Part shown: one piece after another, positions 1 to 8,148 of the stretch
Numbering within the stretch: the stretch's first letter is position 1
Layout: every line of letters starts with the position of its first letter
Assembly: GCA_039190005.1 (NCBI GenBank)
Contig: JBCCYM010000005.1
Span: 1-55,940, forward strand
DNA length: 55,940 bases
Source of the DNA: Pseudomonadota bacterium
GTDB taxonomy: Bacteria; Pseudomonadota; Gammaproteobacteria; UBA12402
Direction of reading: 5' to 3'
Program-made: the position numbers and the translations under genes
Notes under the pieces: model-generated
Databases searched by the model: none
Told to the model about the DNA's origin: nothing
The model's input: only the letters and a program-made list of their open reading frames with translations

Positions 1-175
1 ATGCCTTAAAGACGTTCAAAGGGCGGGCCCTGAATTCATCGAAGGGCATAGCAGGTTTTTCGAAAGCAGGTTTGGGCTTCGACAAGCTCAGCCATCTATG
101 CCTTAAAGACGTTCAAAGGACGGTCCCTGAGCCTGCTTGCCCTGAGCCTGTCGAAGGGTCGAAGAGTCGAAGGGT
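1..175. repeat. Composite cluster of REP-like family-A units (CCCTGAGCYTGTCGAAGGG), including a nested copy; may continue left of the window
   Basis: Units at 28-46 (degenerate), 75-93 (GGCT/AGCC variant) and 125-174 (nested). 22-bp direct repeat at 1-22 and 98-119. Homologous to 16349-16491. Confidence 0.9.
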
Positions 176-180
176 GAGGT

Positions 181-1995
181 TTAACCATGAAATTGTTGAT
201 AGATTTTACCAGCAAGCTTTTTATCAATACCGGGCACTCGCGCCAAATCTTCAATACTAGCCTCTTTAACCCCTTGAATACCGGCAAAGAATTGCAGTAA
301 TTTCTGCCGTCGTTTTTCACCCACACCCGGCACTAATTCCAATACGGAGTGTTTTCGCTTATTGTCACGTTGATGGCGATGGCCGGAAATCGCGAACCGA
401 TGCGCTTCATCGCGTGCCTGCAACAATAGTCGAATACCGATATTCTCCGGCATAAAATCCAGCGGGCGTGTCTTTCCCGCTAAAAAAATCTGCTCAAAAC
501 CAACCTTACGGGTTTTGCCCTTGGCAATGCCTAATAAGGCGATATCATCAATCTGTAATTCTTCCAAGGCGTTCATTGCCTGTTTTAACTGGTTGCGCCC
601 ACCATCAATAATGACCACATCCGGCAGCACCGCTTCTTGCAGTCTAAGTTTTTTATAATGACGCAACACCGCTTGATAGATGGCGGCATAATCATCTCCT
701 GGGGTAATACCTTGAATATTAAAACGCCGATAATCTTTTTTAATCGGCCCGGCTGCGCCAAAGACCACACAGGAGGCGACAGTCTGTTCGCCTTGGGTAT
801 GACTAATATCAAAACATTCAATCCGTTGTGGTGTTTGGGTTAAACCCAGTATATCTTGAATAGCTTCCAATTGCTTGAGCAATGTCGCGCGCGATAATAA
901 ACGGGTATTTAAACTGTCTTTGGCGTTTAATGTCGCCATTTGAATTAAATTCAATTTAGCACCACGCCGCGGACAACTTATTTTTATCATCTTACCGGTT
1001 TTATGCTGTATGCTTTGAGCCAGCAAAGCGGCATCATCTAACGCCTGGGAAACTAGAATTTCCTTGGGCAATTGATGGTCATTATCCAAATAATAATGCG
1101 ATAAAAAGTGAGGCAATATATCTTGCGTTTCACTATTTTTTGGCAACTGGGGGAAAAAATTCTGTTTGCCGATAATATGACCGGCACGAATTAACAACAA
1201 TTGCACACAGCTTATGTTGGCCTTACTGACTAACGCGATTACATCGACATCACCAACATCCGTTGCCACATGTTGACTTGCTTGCAGTTTACGCAAATCA
1301 GCAATTTGATCGCGGTATTTCATTGCCAGTTCATAATGTTGCTGATCAGAGGCCTGCCGCATTTTTTTTAATAAGTCATTTATAATTTGTTCATTCTTAC
1401 CGGTTAATAACAACTGCGCGTGGTCGACATCTTTTTGATAATCCGCAGCGGCAATATAATTGACACAGGGCGCGGAACAGCGTTTAATCTGATATTGCAA
1501 ACAAGGACGCTGACGGTTTTTGAAAAATGTGTCACGACATTGACGTATCTTAAAAATTTTCTGTATCAGCTGTAAGGTCTGATGGACCGCGGTGGTTGAC
1601 GGATAAGGTCCAAAAAATTTTCCTTTTTTACCCTGGGTACTGCCACGATAAAAACTGAAACGCGGAAATTGATGCTGGCTGGATAAATAAATATAGGGAT
1701 AACTTTTATCGTCTCGAAATAAAATATTATAGCGCGGATGAAATTTTTTAATTAGATGGCTTTCAAGAATTAACGCTTCGTACTCTGTTCGGGTAATAAT
1801 GACTTTTATCGCATGAATTTGTTTAACCAGTGCTTGTGTTTTAGTGCTGGCATGGGTTTTAACAAAATAGCTGGAAACGCGGTTTTTTAAATTTTTAGCT
1901 TTACCGACATAGAGTATTTTGTCGTGTTTATCAAACATTTGATAAACACCAGGCTTAGTGCTTAATGTTTTGAGAAACGCTTTATAATCAAACAT
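181..1995 (-). CDS. uvrC: Excinuclease ABC subunit C
   Basis: GIY-YIG N-terminus (PGVYQM..LYVGKAKNLKNRVSSYF), Cys cluster, RIECFDISH, DGG motif, C-terminal HhH. Confidence 0.98.
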   Translation of the reverse strand: MFDYKAFLKTLSTKPGVYQMFDKHDKILYVGKAKNLKNRVSSYFVKTHASTKTQALVKQIHAIKVIITRTEYEALILESHLIKKFHPRYNILFRDDKSYPYIYLSSQHQFPRFSFYRGSTQGKKGKFFGPYPSTTAVHQTLQLIQKIFKIRQCRDTFFKNRQRPCLQYQIKRCSAPCVNYIAAADYQKDVDHAQLLLTGKNEQIINDLLKKMRQASDQQHYELAMKYRDQIADLRKLQASQHVATDVGDVDVIALVSKANISCVQLLLIRAGHIIGKQNFFPQLPKNSETQDILPHFLSHYYLDNDHQLPKEILVSQALDDAALLAQSIQHKTGKMIKISCPRRGAKLNLIQMATLNAKDSLNTRLLSRATLLKQLEAIQDILGLTQTPQRIECFDISHTQGEQTVASCVVFGAAGPIKKDYRRFNIQGITPGDDYAAIYQAVLRHYKKLRLQEAVLPDVVIIDGGRNQLKQAMNALEELQIDDIALLGIAKGKTRKVGFEQIFLAGKTRPLDFMPENIGIRLLLQARDEAHRFAISGHRHQRDNKRKHSVLELVPGVGEKRRQKLLQFFAGIQGVKEASIEDLARVPGIDKKLAGKIYQQFHG

Positions 1996-2767
1996 TGTTT
2001 ATTTGAGAAAACAAACGATAAAAATTCTCTGTACTTTGACGGGCAATGGTATCAACAGATTCTTGACGCAATTCAGCAAGACAAGCTGCGACATGTGGCA
2101 CATAAGCTGGTTGATTGGCTTTACCACGCATGGGTACTGGCGCTAAAAAAGGTGAATCCGTTTCAATCAGAAAACGATCGGCGGGAATTTTTTTAGCGAC
2201 TTCTTTAAGTTCCCGCGCGTTTTTAAAGGTCACTATACCGGAAAAAGAAATATAAAATCCCAAAGCCATCGCCTGTTCCGCCATCGCCAAGGTTTCAGTA
2301 AAACAGTGCATCACACCACCAATCGCGGCGGCGTTTTCTTCTTTCATGATGGCAATGGTATCTTCTCGCGCGTCACGGGTATGAATGATCAAGGGTTTTT
2401 TTAAGGATTTGGCAACAGCGATATGGTCACGAAAACGTTGTTGTTGCCATTTTAAATCATCGCCCTGAATATGAAAATAATCCAGACCGGTTTCGCCAAT
2501 GGCGACCACTTCCGGTCTTTCAGCGTCGGCAAGCAATACGTCAACGCTTGGTTCCGCTGTCATTTTTTCGGTGGGATGCACACCAAAAGAGCAGGAAACA
2601 TCGGGGAAACGCATGGCACAGTCCAACACTTGTGGAAAGGTATCCAGCGATGTCGACACACAGAGCATGTGTTCGACCTCAGCGTCACGCGCCGCTTGAA
2701 CATAGGCGTCAACACCTTGTTCGCTTGTATCCAACATATTCAAGTGACAATGGCTATCAACAAACAT
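1988..2767 (-). CDS. TatD/YcfH family metal-dependent hydrolase (DNase)
   Basis: DSHCH, GETGLDY, IIHTR, GVMHCF and ETDSPFLAP motifs. Confidence 0.95.
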   Translation of the reverse strand: MFVDSHCHLNMLDTSEQGVDAYVQAARDAEVEHMLCVSTSLDTFPQVLDCAMRFPDVSCSFGVHPTEKMTAEPSVDVLLADAERPEVVAIGETGLDYFHIQGDDLKWQQQRFRDHIAVAKSLKKPLIIHTRDAREDTIAIMKEENAAAIGGVMHCFTETLAMAEQAMALGFYISFSGIVTFKNARELKEVAKKIPADRFLIETDSPFLAPVPMRGKANQPAYVPHVAACLAELRQESVDTIARQSTENFYRLFSQINNV

Positions 2768-2802
2768 AAGTCACCTTTTCACCTATCTTAAATTACTTTT
2801 TC

Positions 2803-3252
2803 TCAGTGCTTAACCGGCGATTCAATATCCAGTATTTCCACTTCAAAAATCAGATCCTGTCCACACAAAGGATGATTAAAATCAACTTTTACCCGATCTT
2901 CCTGAATTTCACGCACAATACCAGGCAATTCCTGACCGTTCGGTTGCGTAAACATAAAAATGGATCCAATCTCAACATTATTCTTTTTGGAAAACTTATC
3001 ACGCTCGATATAATGAATATTCGCTTCATTGGGTTGACCAAAACTTTCTTCCGGCGGCAGCATGAACACATTTTTTTCACCCACACTTAACCCCAATAAA
3101 TGCTTCTCAAATCCTTTGCTGAAAGAACCATCCCCCACCATCATCTCAATGGGAATATTATCATTCTTAGTATCCTGAGCGATCGATTTATCTTTAAGCA
3201 TAATCTTAACATGCATTTTTAGACGACTACCCACCTCAACATTTTTTTGCAT
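2803..3252 (-). CDS. fkpB: FKBP-type peptidyl-prolyl isomerase (SlpA/FkpB)
   Basis: VDFNHPLCG motif; position after lspA; ATG at 3252 preferred to the track start. Confidence 0.9.
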   Translation of the reverse strand: MQKNVEVGSRLKMHVKIMLKDKSIAQDTKNDNIPIEMMVGDGSFSKGFEKHLLGLSVGEKNVFMLPPEESFGQPNEANIHYIERDKFSKKNNVEIGSIFMFTQPNGQELPGIVREIQEDRVKVDFNHPLCGQDLIFEVEILDIESPVKH

Positions 3253-3253
3253 T

Positions 3254-3736
3254 CTATTTAACCCCTCTCTGATCAAAAAACATGACTATCAGTAATACTA
3301 TCACACCAACCGTAATCGCGCTATCGGCAATATTAAATGTGGCAAAATGCCAGCCATGAATATGGAAATCAATAAAATCGATCACATAACCCAAAGTGAG
3401 ACGACTCCAAAGATTACCGATTGCCCCGCCGATAATCAGCGCTAAGGCCAAGGATTTGAAGGGTTGACGCGACAATCGACACAACCACACAAGCATCACA
3501 ACACAGACAACCACGGTAATGGCAATAAACACCCATCGCTGCCAACCACCGGCACCGCCAAGAAAACTGAAAGCCGCGCCGGAATTATGAGCAAGACTAA
3601 GATTCAAAAAAGGTAGCAGATAATAGGGCTTATCAATATCAAGATATTTGGCAATCAAATACTTGCTGGATAAATCAAGCGCGATAATAATGATTGATAT
3701 AATCAACCAAGAAAGCTGTCGGCGGCGACTAAGCAT
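3254..3736 (-). CDS. lspA: Signal peptidase II
   Basis: NSGAAFS, GAIGNL, VIDFI and FNIADSAI motifs; ATG at 3736 overlaps the ileS stop. Confidence 0.96.
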   Translation of the reverse strand: MLSRRRQLSWLIISIIIIALDLSSKYLIAKYLDIDKPYYLLPFLNLSLAHNSGAAFSFLGGAGGWQRWVFIAITVVVCVVMLVWLCRLSRQPFKSLALALIIGGAIGNLWSRLTLGYVIDFIDFHIHGWHFATFNIADSAITVGVIVLLIVMFFDQRGVK

Positions 3737-6539
3737 AATGACGCACCTCACCCTGTTCAAAACAGTTACAAATACAACGTCGACAAAGTTGTGGATGATC
3801 AGCATGACTACCCACATCCGGACGATATTGCCAACAACGCGCGCACTTTTGATATCTTGATGGCGTGATCTTAATCGTTAATCCATCGACATCACTACTG
3901 ACACGCCCCGCTTCGGCTTTGTTCAACGGCAACACTTGTGCTTCCGACACAATCAAGACAAAACGCAACTCATCTTTGAATTGATCTAAACAGGCTTTTA
4001 AATCATCATCCGCGTATAATGTGACCGTGGCTTCAAGATTTGATCCCAGGTGTTTATCCGCGCGTAATCTTTCAATCTCTTTATTCACCGCGTCACGCAC
4101 ATTCATCACGGTTTGCCAATTGTCAGCGGAAATGCTCATCGCTTGTTCCGCCGGCAACTCATACCAGGTAGATAAAAATACTGACGCTTCACGTTCGCCT
4201 GACATGTGCTGCCAAATTTCATCCGCCGTGTAAGGGCAGATTGGCGCTAACAATCGCACCAGCACTTCCATAATATGCCACATGGCTGTCTGCGCTGAAC
4301 GACGGGCTTGACCATCAGTTTTAGCCGTGTATTGACGGTCTTTAATAATATCGAGATAAAAGCTCCCCATCTCGATGGAACAGAAATGATGAATAGCTTG
4401 CACCAATACATGAAATTGATAGTTATCATACGCCTGTTGTACGTTAGTTTGCAACTGTCGCGCGCGTTCAATCGCCCAGTGATCCAAGGCTAATAGTTTA
4501 TCAAGCGGCAATAAATGCTTGTCCACGGCAAAATCATTGAGATTCGCTAACAGGAAACGCGCGGTATTGCGAATACGACGATAGGTCTCACTACTGTGTT
4601 TGAGTATCGCTTCCGATACCACCATCTCGCGTTGATAATCGGTAGACGCTATCCATAAACGCAAGACATCAGCCCCCATTGTTTTGATAAGTTTATCCGG
4701 CGCGATCACATTGCCTAGTGATTTAGACATCTTGCGCCCTTCAGCGTCGACAGTAAAGCCATGCGTTAACACCTGACGATACGGTGCCACATGATACATG
4801 GCGCAGGAAGTCAATAAAGAGGTTTGAAACCAGCCGCGATGTTGATCGGAACCTTCAAGAAATAAATCCGCCGGAAACACCAATTCTTTTCTGGCTTTCA
4901 AGACACAGGCATGTATAACACCAGAATCAAACCAAACATCTAAGACATCCGAGCATTTCTTATAGTTATCGGCATCATCACCAAGCAATGCCCGCGTATC
5001 AAGGTCATGCCAGGCTTCAATGCCATCTTCAGCGACTAAATCAGCTATTTTTGCCATCAACGCGGTCGTATCAGGATGTAATTCATCGGTGTCTTTATGC
5101 AGAAATAACGGTAATGGCACACCCCAGGTACGTTGTCGTGAAATACACCAGTCTGGTCTATCTTCCAACATCGCCATCATGCGATGCTTGCCGTTTTCCG
5201 GTATCCATCGCACCTGCTCAACTTCATGGGTGGCATGATCAAGCAAATGGTTTTTTTCCATACTGATAAACCACTGTGGTGTCGCGCGATAGATCAATGG
5301 CGTTTTATGACGCCAGCAATGCGGATAACTGTGTAATAATTTTTCTTCATGCAATAGATGATCATGTTGGCGCAGTAAATCAATAATGACTGGATTCGCC
5401 GCGTTTAAATGTAGCCCCTCTATTTCCGGCATATCTGCGGCGAAACAGCCGCGATCATTTAATGGCGTATCCAAAGGTAAATCATGGGCGATGCCTAAAG
5501 CGTAATCCTCCAAACCATGCGCTGGCGCGGTATGCACACAACCAGTACCACTATCGACAGTGACATGATCGCCGGCTAAAACGGGTACCTGTCGATCGAG
5601 AAAAGGATGATGTAATTGTAAGCCAACGAGTCTTTCCCCCAGACTATGGCCAAGCACCGTATATTTTTCGATACCGCAACGCATCATTACCGCGCCGACC
5701 AAGGGTTCGGCAATAATAATCACACGCTGATCAAATGTGAGTAACACATAGTTAACGTCTTCATGCACGGCAACAGCCTGGTTGGCTGGCAAGGTCCAAG
5801 GTGTGGTTGTCCAGATAACGACGGCACAGTTAGCAACGATATTGTCGAAATCGCCATTAAAACGGCTCAATAAATCTTCACGATCCACCACATCAAAACA
5901 AACATCTATCGATGGTGATTCTTTATCGCGATATTCAACCTCCGCTTCAGCCAATGCTGAAGCGCATTTAAAACACCAGTGAACCGGCTTATAGCCACGC
6001 TGCAAATGGTGATTATCAATAATTGTCGCCAGACTGCGAATAATATTAGCTTCAAAGCGAGCATTCATTGTTAAATAAGGATTATCCCAATCGCCAAAGA
6101 TACCCAGACGTTTAAACGCAGTTTTCTGTAATTCAATCTGTGAATTGGCGTAATCACGGCAAGCTTGACGAAATGCCTTGCTCGATACTTTATCGCCCGC
6201 TTTACCTATTTTTTTTTCGACATTCAATTCAATCGGCAAGCCATGACAGTCCCAACCCGGCACATAGGGCACCCGATACCCCGCCATTAACTTGCTTTTC
6301 AGCACAATATCTTTCAAGGTTTTATTGACAGCATGTCCCAAATGGATGGCGCCATTGGCATAAGGTGGTCCATCACATAACATAAAAACGGGCGCCTCAG
6401 CACGCTGGGTTTGCAAATGATGATAGATATCCAAGGCCTCCCAACGTTTTGCCATTTCCGGTTCACGTTGCGCCAGATTGGCTTTCATAGGGAAATCTGT
6501 CTTTGGAAGATTGAGTGTATTTTTGTAATTATCTGTCAT
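3729..6539 (-). CDS. ileS: Isoleucine--tRNA ligase (type 1)
   Basis: GPPYANG..HLGH, WTTTPWT, KMSKS and a C-terminal zinc finger. Confidence 0.99.
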   Translation of the reverse strand: MTDNYKNTLNLPKTDFPMKANLAQREPEMAKRWEALDIYHHLQTQRAEAPVFMLCDGPPYANGAIHLGHAVNKTLKDIVLKSKLMAGYRVPYVPGWDCHGLPIELNVEKKIGKAGDKVSSKAFRQACRDYANSQIELQKTAFKRLGIFGDWDNPYLTMNARFEANIIRSLATIIDNHHLQRGYKPVHWCFKCASALAEAEVEYRDKESPSIDVCFDVVDREDLLSRFNGDFDNIVANCAVVIWTTTPWTLPANQAVAVHEDVNYVLLTFDQRVIIIAEPLVGAVMMRCGIEKYTVLGHSLGERLVGLQLHHPFLDRQVPVLAGDHVTVDSGTGCVHTAPAHGLEDYALGIAHDLPLDTPLNDRGCFAADMPEIEGLHLNAANPVIIDLLRQHDHLLHEEKLLHSYPHCWRHKTPLIYRATPQWFISMEKNHLLDHATHEVEQVRWIPENGKHRMMAMLEDRPDWCISRQRTWGVPLPLFLHKDTDELHPDTTALMAKIADLVAEDGIEAWHDLDTRALLGDDADNYKKCSDVLDVWFDSGVIHACVLKARKELVFPADLFLEGSDQHRGWFQTSLLTSCAMYHVAPYRQVLTHGFTVDAEGRKMSKSLGNVIAPDKLIKTMGADVLRLWIASTDYQREMVVSEAILKHSSETYRRIRNTARFLLANLNDFAVDKHLLPLDKLLALDHWAIERARQLQTNVQQAYDNYQFHVLVQAIHHFCSIEMGSFYLDIIKDRQYTAKTDGQARRSAQTAMWHIMEVLVRLLAPICPYTADEIWQHMSGEREASVFLSTWYELPAEQAMSISADNWQTVMNVRDAVNKEIERLRADKHLGSNLEATVTLYADDDLKACLDQFKDELRFVLIVSEAQVLPLNKAEAGRVSSDVDGLTIKITPSRYQKCARCWQYRPDVGSHADHPQLCRRCICNCFEQGEVRHYA

Positions 6540-6634
6540 GCCCGATTACTTATTCAGTTTGAATGAAAAAACATTATAAGGTACATTAGTAACTGAAACA
6601 AGCTTTACATAGCGAGTTCTACGATGAAATAGGT

Positions 6635-6846
6635 ATGCTTAAAATTACAGTTAGCAGCAAGATGAGAGCGCAACCTTTTATGCCTTCGACCCTTCGACGA
6701 GCTCAGGGACCGCCCTTCGATAAGCTCAGGGACACCCACACATAAAGATGGCTGAGCTTGTCGAAGCCAAACAACCCCTTTCAACCCTTCGACAAGCTCA
6801 GGAACCGCCCTTCGACAGGCTCAGGGACCGCTGTGGTTTTAAGGAT
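6635..6846. repeat. Cluster of five family-A units bounded by imperfect 16-bp terminal inverted repeats
   Basis: Units at 6690, 6713, 6750 (inverted GGCT/AGCC variant), 6785 and 6808. Ends ATGCTTAAAATTACAG and CTGTGGTTTTAAGGAT are 13/16 complementary. Confidence 0.85.
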
Positions 6847-6851
6847 TAAAA

Positions 6852-6880
6852 TTGCCACTGCTCAGAAAACATGCTAAATT
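6852..6880 (+). promoter_or_regulatory. Putative sigma70 promoter for the DUF378/phosphatase genes
   Basis: TTGCCA-17 bp-TAAATT with TG extension. Confidence 0.4.
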
Positions 6881-6907
6881 AACACAAAAATTTAATAGGA
6901 ATATAAC

Positions 6908-7102
6908 ATGTCCAAAATATTACTTCGTATTATTCAAGTGATTGCTTTGCTTGGTGGTCTCAATTTTATATTAATTGGCATCGCACGATTTGATATTGCC
7001 GGCTATTTTTTCGGCATCATGACAACGCCCACGTATATTGCTTATGTCGTTTTTGGCGTATGTATTTTGATATCATGTTTTATCAGTTTTAAAAAGAAAT
7101 AA
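6908..7102 (+). CDS. DUF378-like small membrane protein
   Basis: Two hydrophobic helices; LLGGLNF.LIGI..FD pattern; AGGA SD. Confidence 0.75.
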   Translation: MSKILLRIIQVIALLGGLNFILIGIARFDIAGYFFGIMTTPTYIAYVVFGVCILISCFISFKKK

Positions 7103-7107
7103 TTAAC

Positions 7108-7929
7108 ATGCGAGTCAAATTCATTCTGACATTAGTCTTGTCGCTACTCTTTTTTTCCGTTGCCACCGCCGCTTCAAATCACTTTGCTAATGTTGAATTA
7201 ATCGAAAAGAATCATCAAACCGGCAATTTATTGTTCCGAGGTCCTATTCCTATGATTGGCAAATCATTCGCTGGCGAAGCGCTACTGGCCAAAATGAAAA
7301 CACTGGATGCTGATTTTCCGGAAAATTATGTCTTTGTTGATATTGATTTAATTGGCGATGACCAAAATGAAGTCGCCATGGAAAAAAGTTCGCTGGCAAC
7401 CACCTTTAAACAAAGCACATTTTTGTCCTGGCCTGTCTTTGGTGTGCGTACTGTGCCGACAAATCCAATCTTTTCTAAATTCTACAAAAGACAAGACAAC
7501 ATTTCCTTACTTGCCGAACCACCACAACCCGGCAATCCCAGTTATGATATTCATCTAGCACAACTGTTAACCACTATGATGCAAACGCGGTATAACACAC
7601 CCCATGTCTTCTATATTCATTGTGCCGGCGGTTGCGACCGCGCCGGCCAACTTTCAACAATGTATATGATGCTAAAACAACAAACTACCGCGCAACTGCG
7701 AAATGAAATTTTCCAATATTTAAGTCACAATGATATACAAGGCTGCCGAGGTCGCATGCCCAATAATAGCAGTTTAGACGCGATATTATGGGGCTGTTAT
7801 TATATCGCCAATCGAGACCAACCCTCAGCGTCCGCCTGGCAACAATATAATAACTACTACGCCCATTGCAGTTGCATTTACAACTTTATCCGCGGGCATG
7901 ACCTGGAAAGTAAACTGAAAAATGAGTGA
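7108..7929 (+). CDS. Secreted protein-tyrosine/dual-specificity phosphatase-like protein
   Basis: Signal peptide; HCAGGCDR matches CX5R; LLFRG motif. Confidence 0.75.
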   Translation: MRVKFILTLVLSLLFFSVATAASNHFANVELIEKNHQTGNLLFRGPIPMIGKSFAGEALLAKMKTLDADFPENYVFVDIDLIGDDQNEVAMEKSSLATTFKQSTFLSWPVFGVRTVPTNPIFSKFYKRQDNISLLAEPPQPGNPSYDIHLAQLLTTMMQTRYNTPHVFYIHCAGGCDRAGQLSTMYMMLKQQTTAQLRNEIFQYLSHNDIQGCRGRMPNNSSLDAILWGCYYIANRDQPSASAWQQYNNYYAHCSCIYNFIRGHDLESKLKNE

Positions 7930-7972
7930 GTTTTTCTCACAATTCAAAAACAATATCCAAATGGGTGATGGT

Positions 7973-7992
7973 CCCTGAGCCTGTCGAAAGGG
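7973..7992. repeat. Solo family-A unit with a 1-nt insertion
   Basis: CCCTGAGCCTGTCGAAAGGG. Confidence 0.85.
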
Positions 7993-8085
7993 CGCGCGAA
8001 CGACGAGCGCAGAAGACAGTCCGCTTTAGATCCCACATAAACCTAAAAACCGTAATTTTAATCACACCCACGTCTTATAAAACTT

Positions 8086-8114
8086 TTGACTGTAATTCAT
8101 ACTGATGGTATAAT
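8086..8114 (+). promoter_or_regulatory. Near-consensus sigma70 promoter of the GH85 gene
   Basis: TTGACT-17 bp-TATAAT with TGn extension, 34 bp before the ATG. Confidence 0.7.
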
Positions 8115-8148
8115 TATTATCAAATAGTAAAAGTAATAATTAAAAAAT

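Noticed and set aside
72-260. Short ORFs across repeat clusters (72-260, 11376-11582, 14194-14397, 29386-29574, 31972-32298)
   Set aside because: They are translations of the repeats (PEPVEG, LRQAQG, SFPRRRES) or overlap real genes, with no independent coding evidence.
181-1995. UvrC GIY-YIG domain as the repeat-mobilising nuclease
   Set aside because: It is a full-length canonical UvrC; adjacency to one cluster is expected given how common the repeats are.
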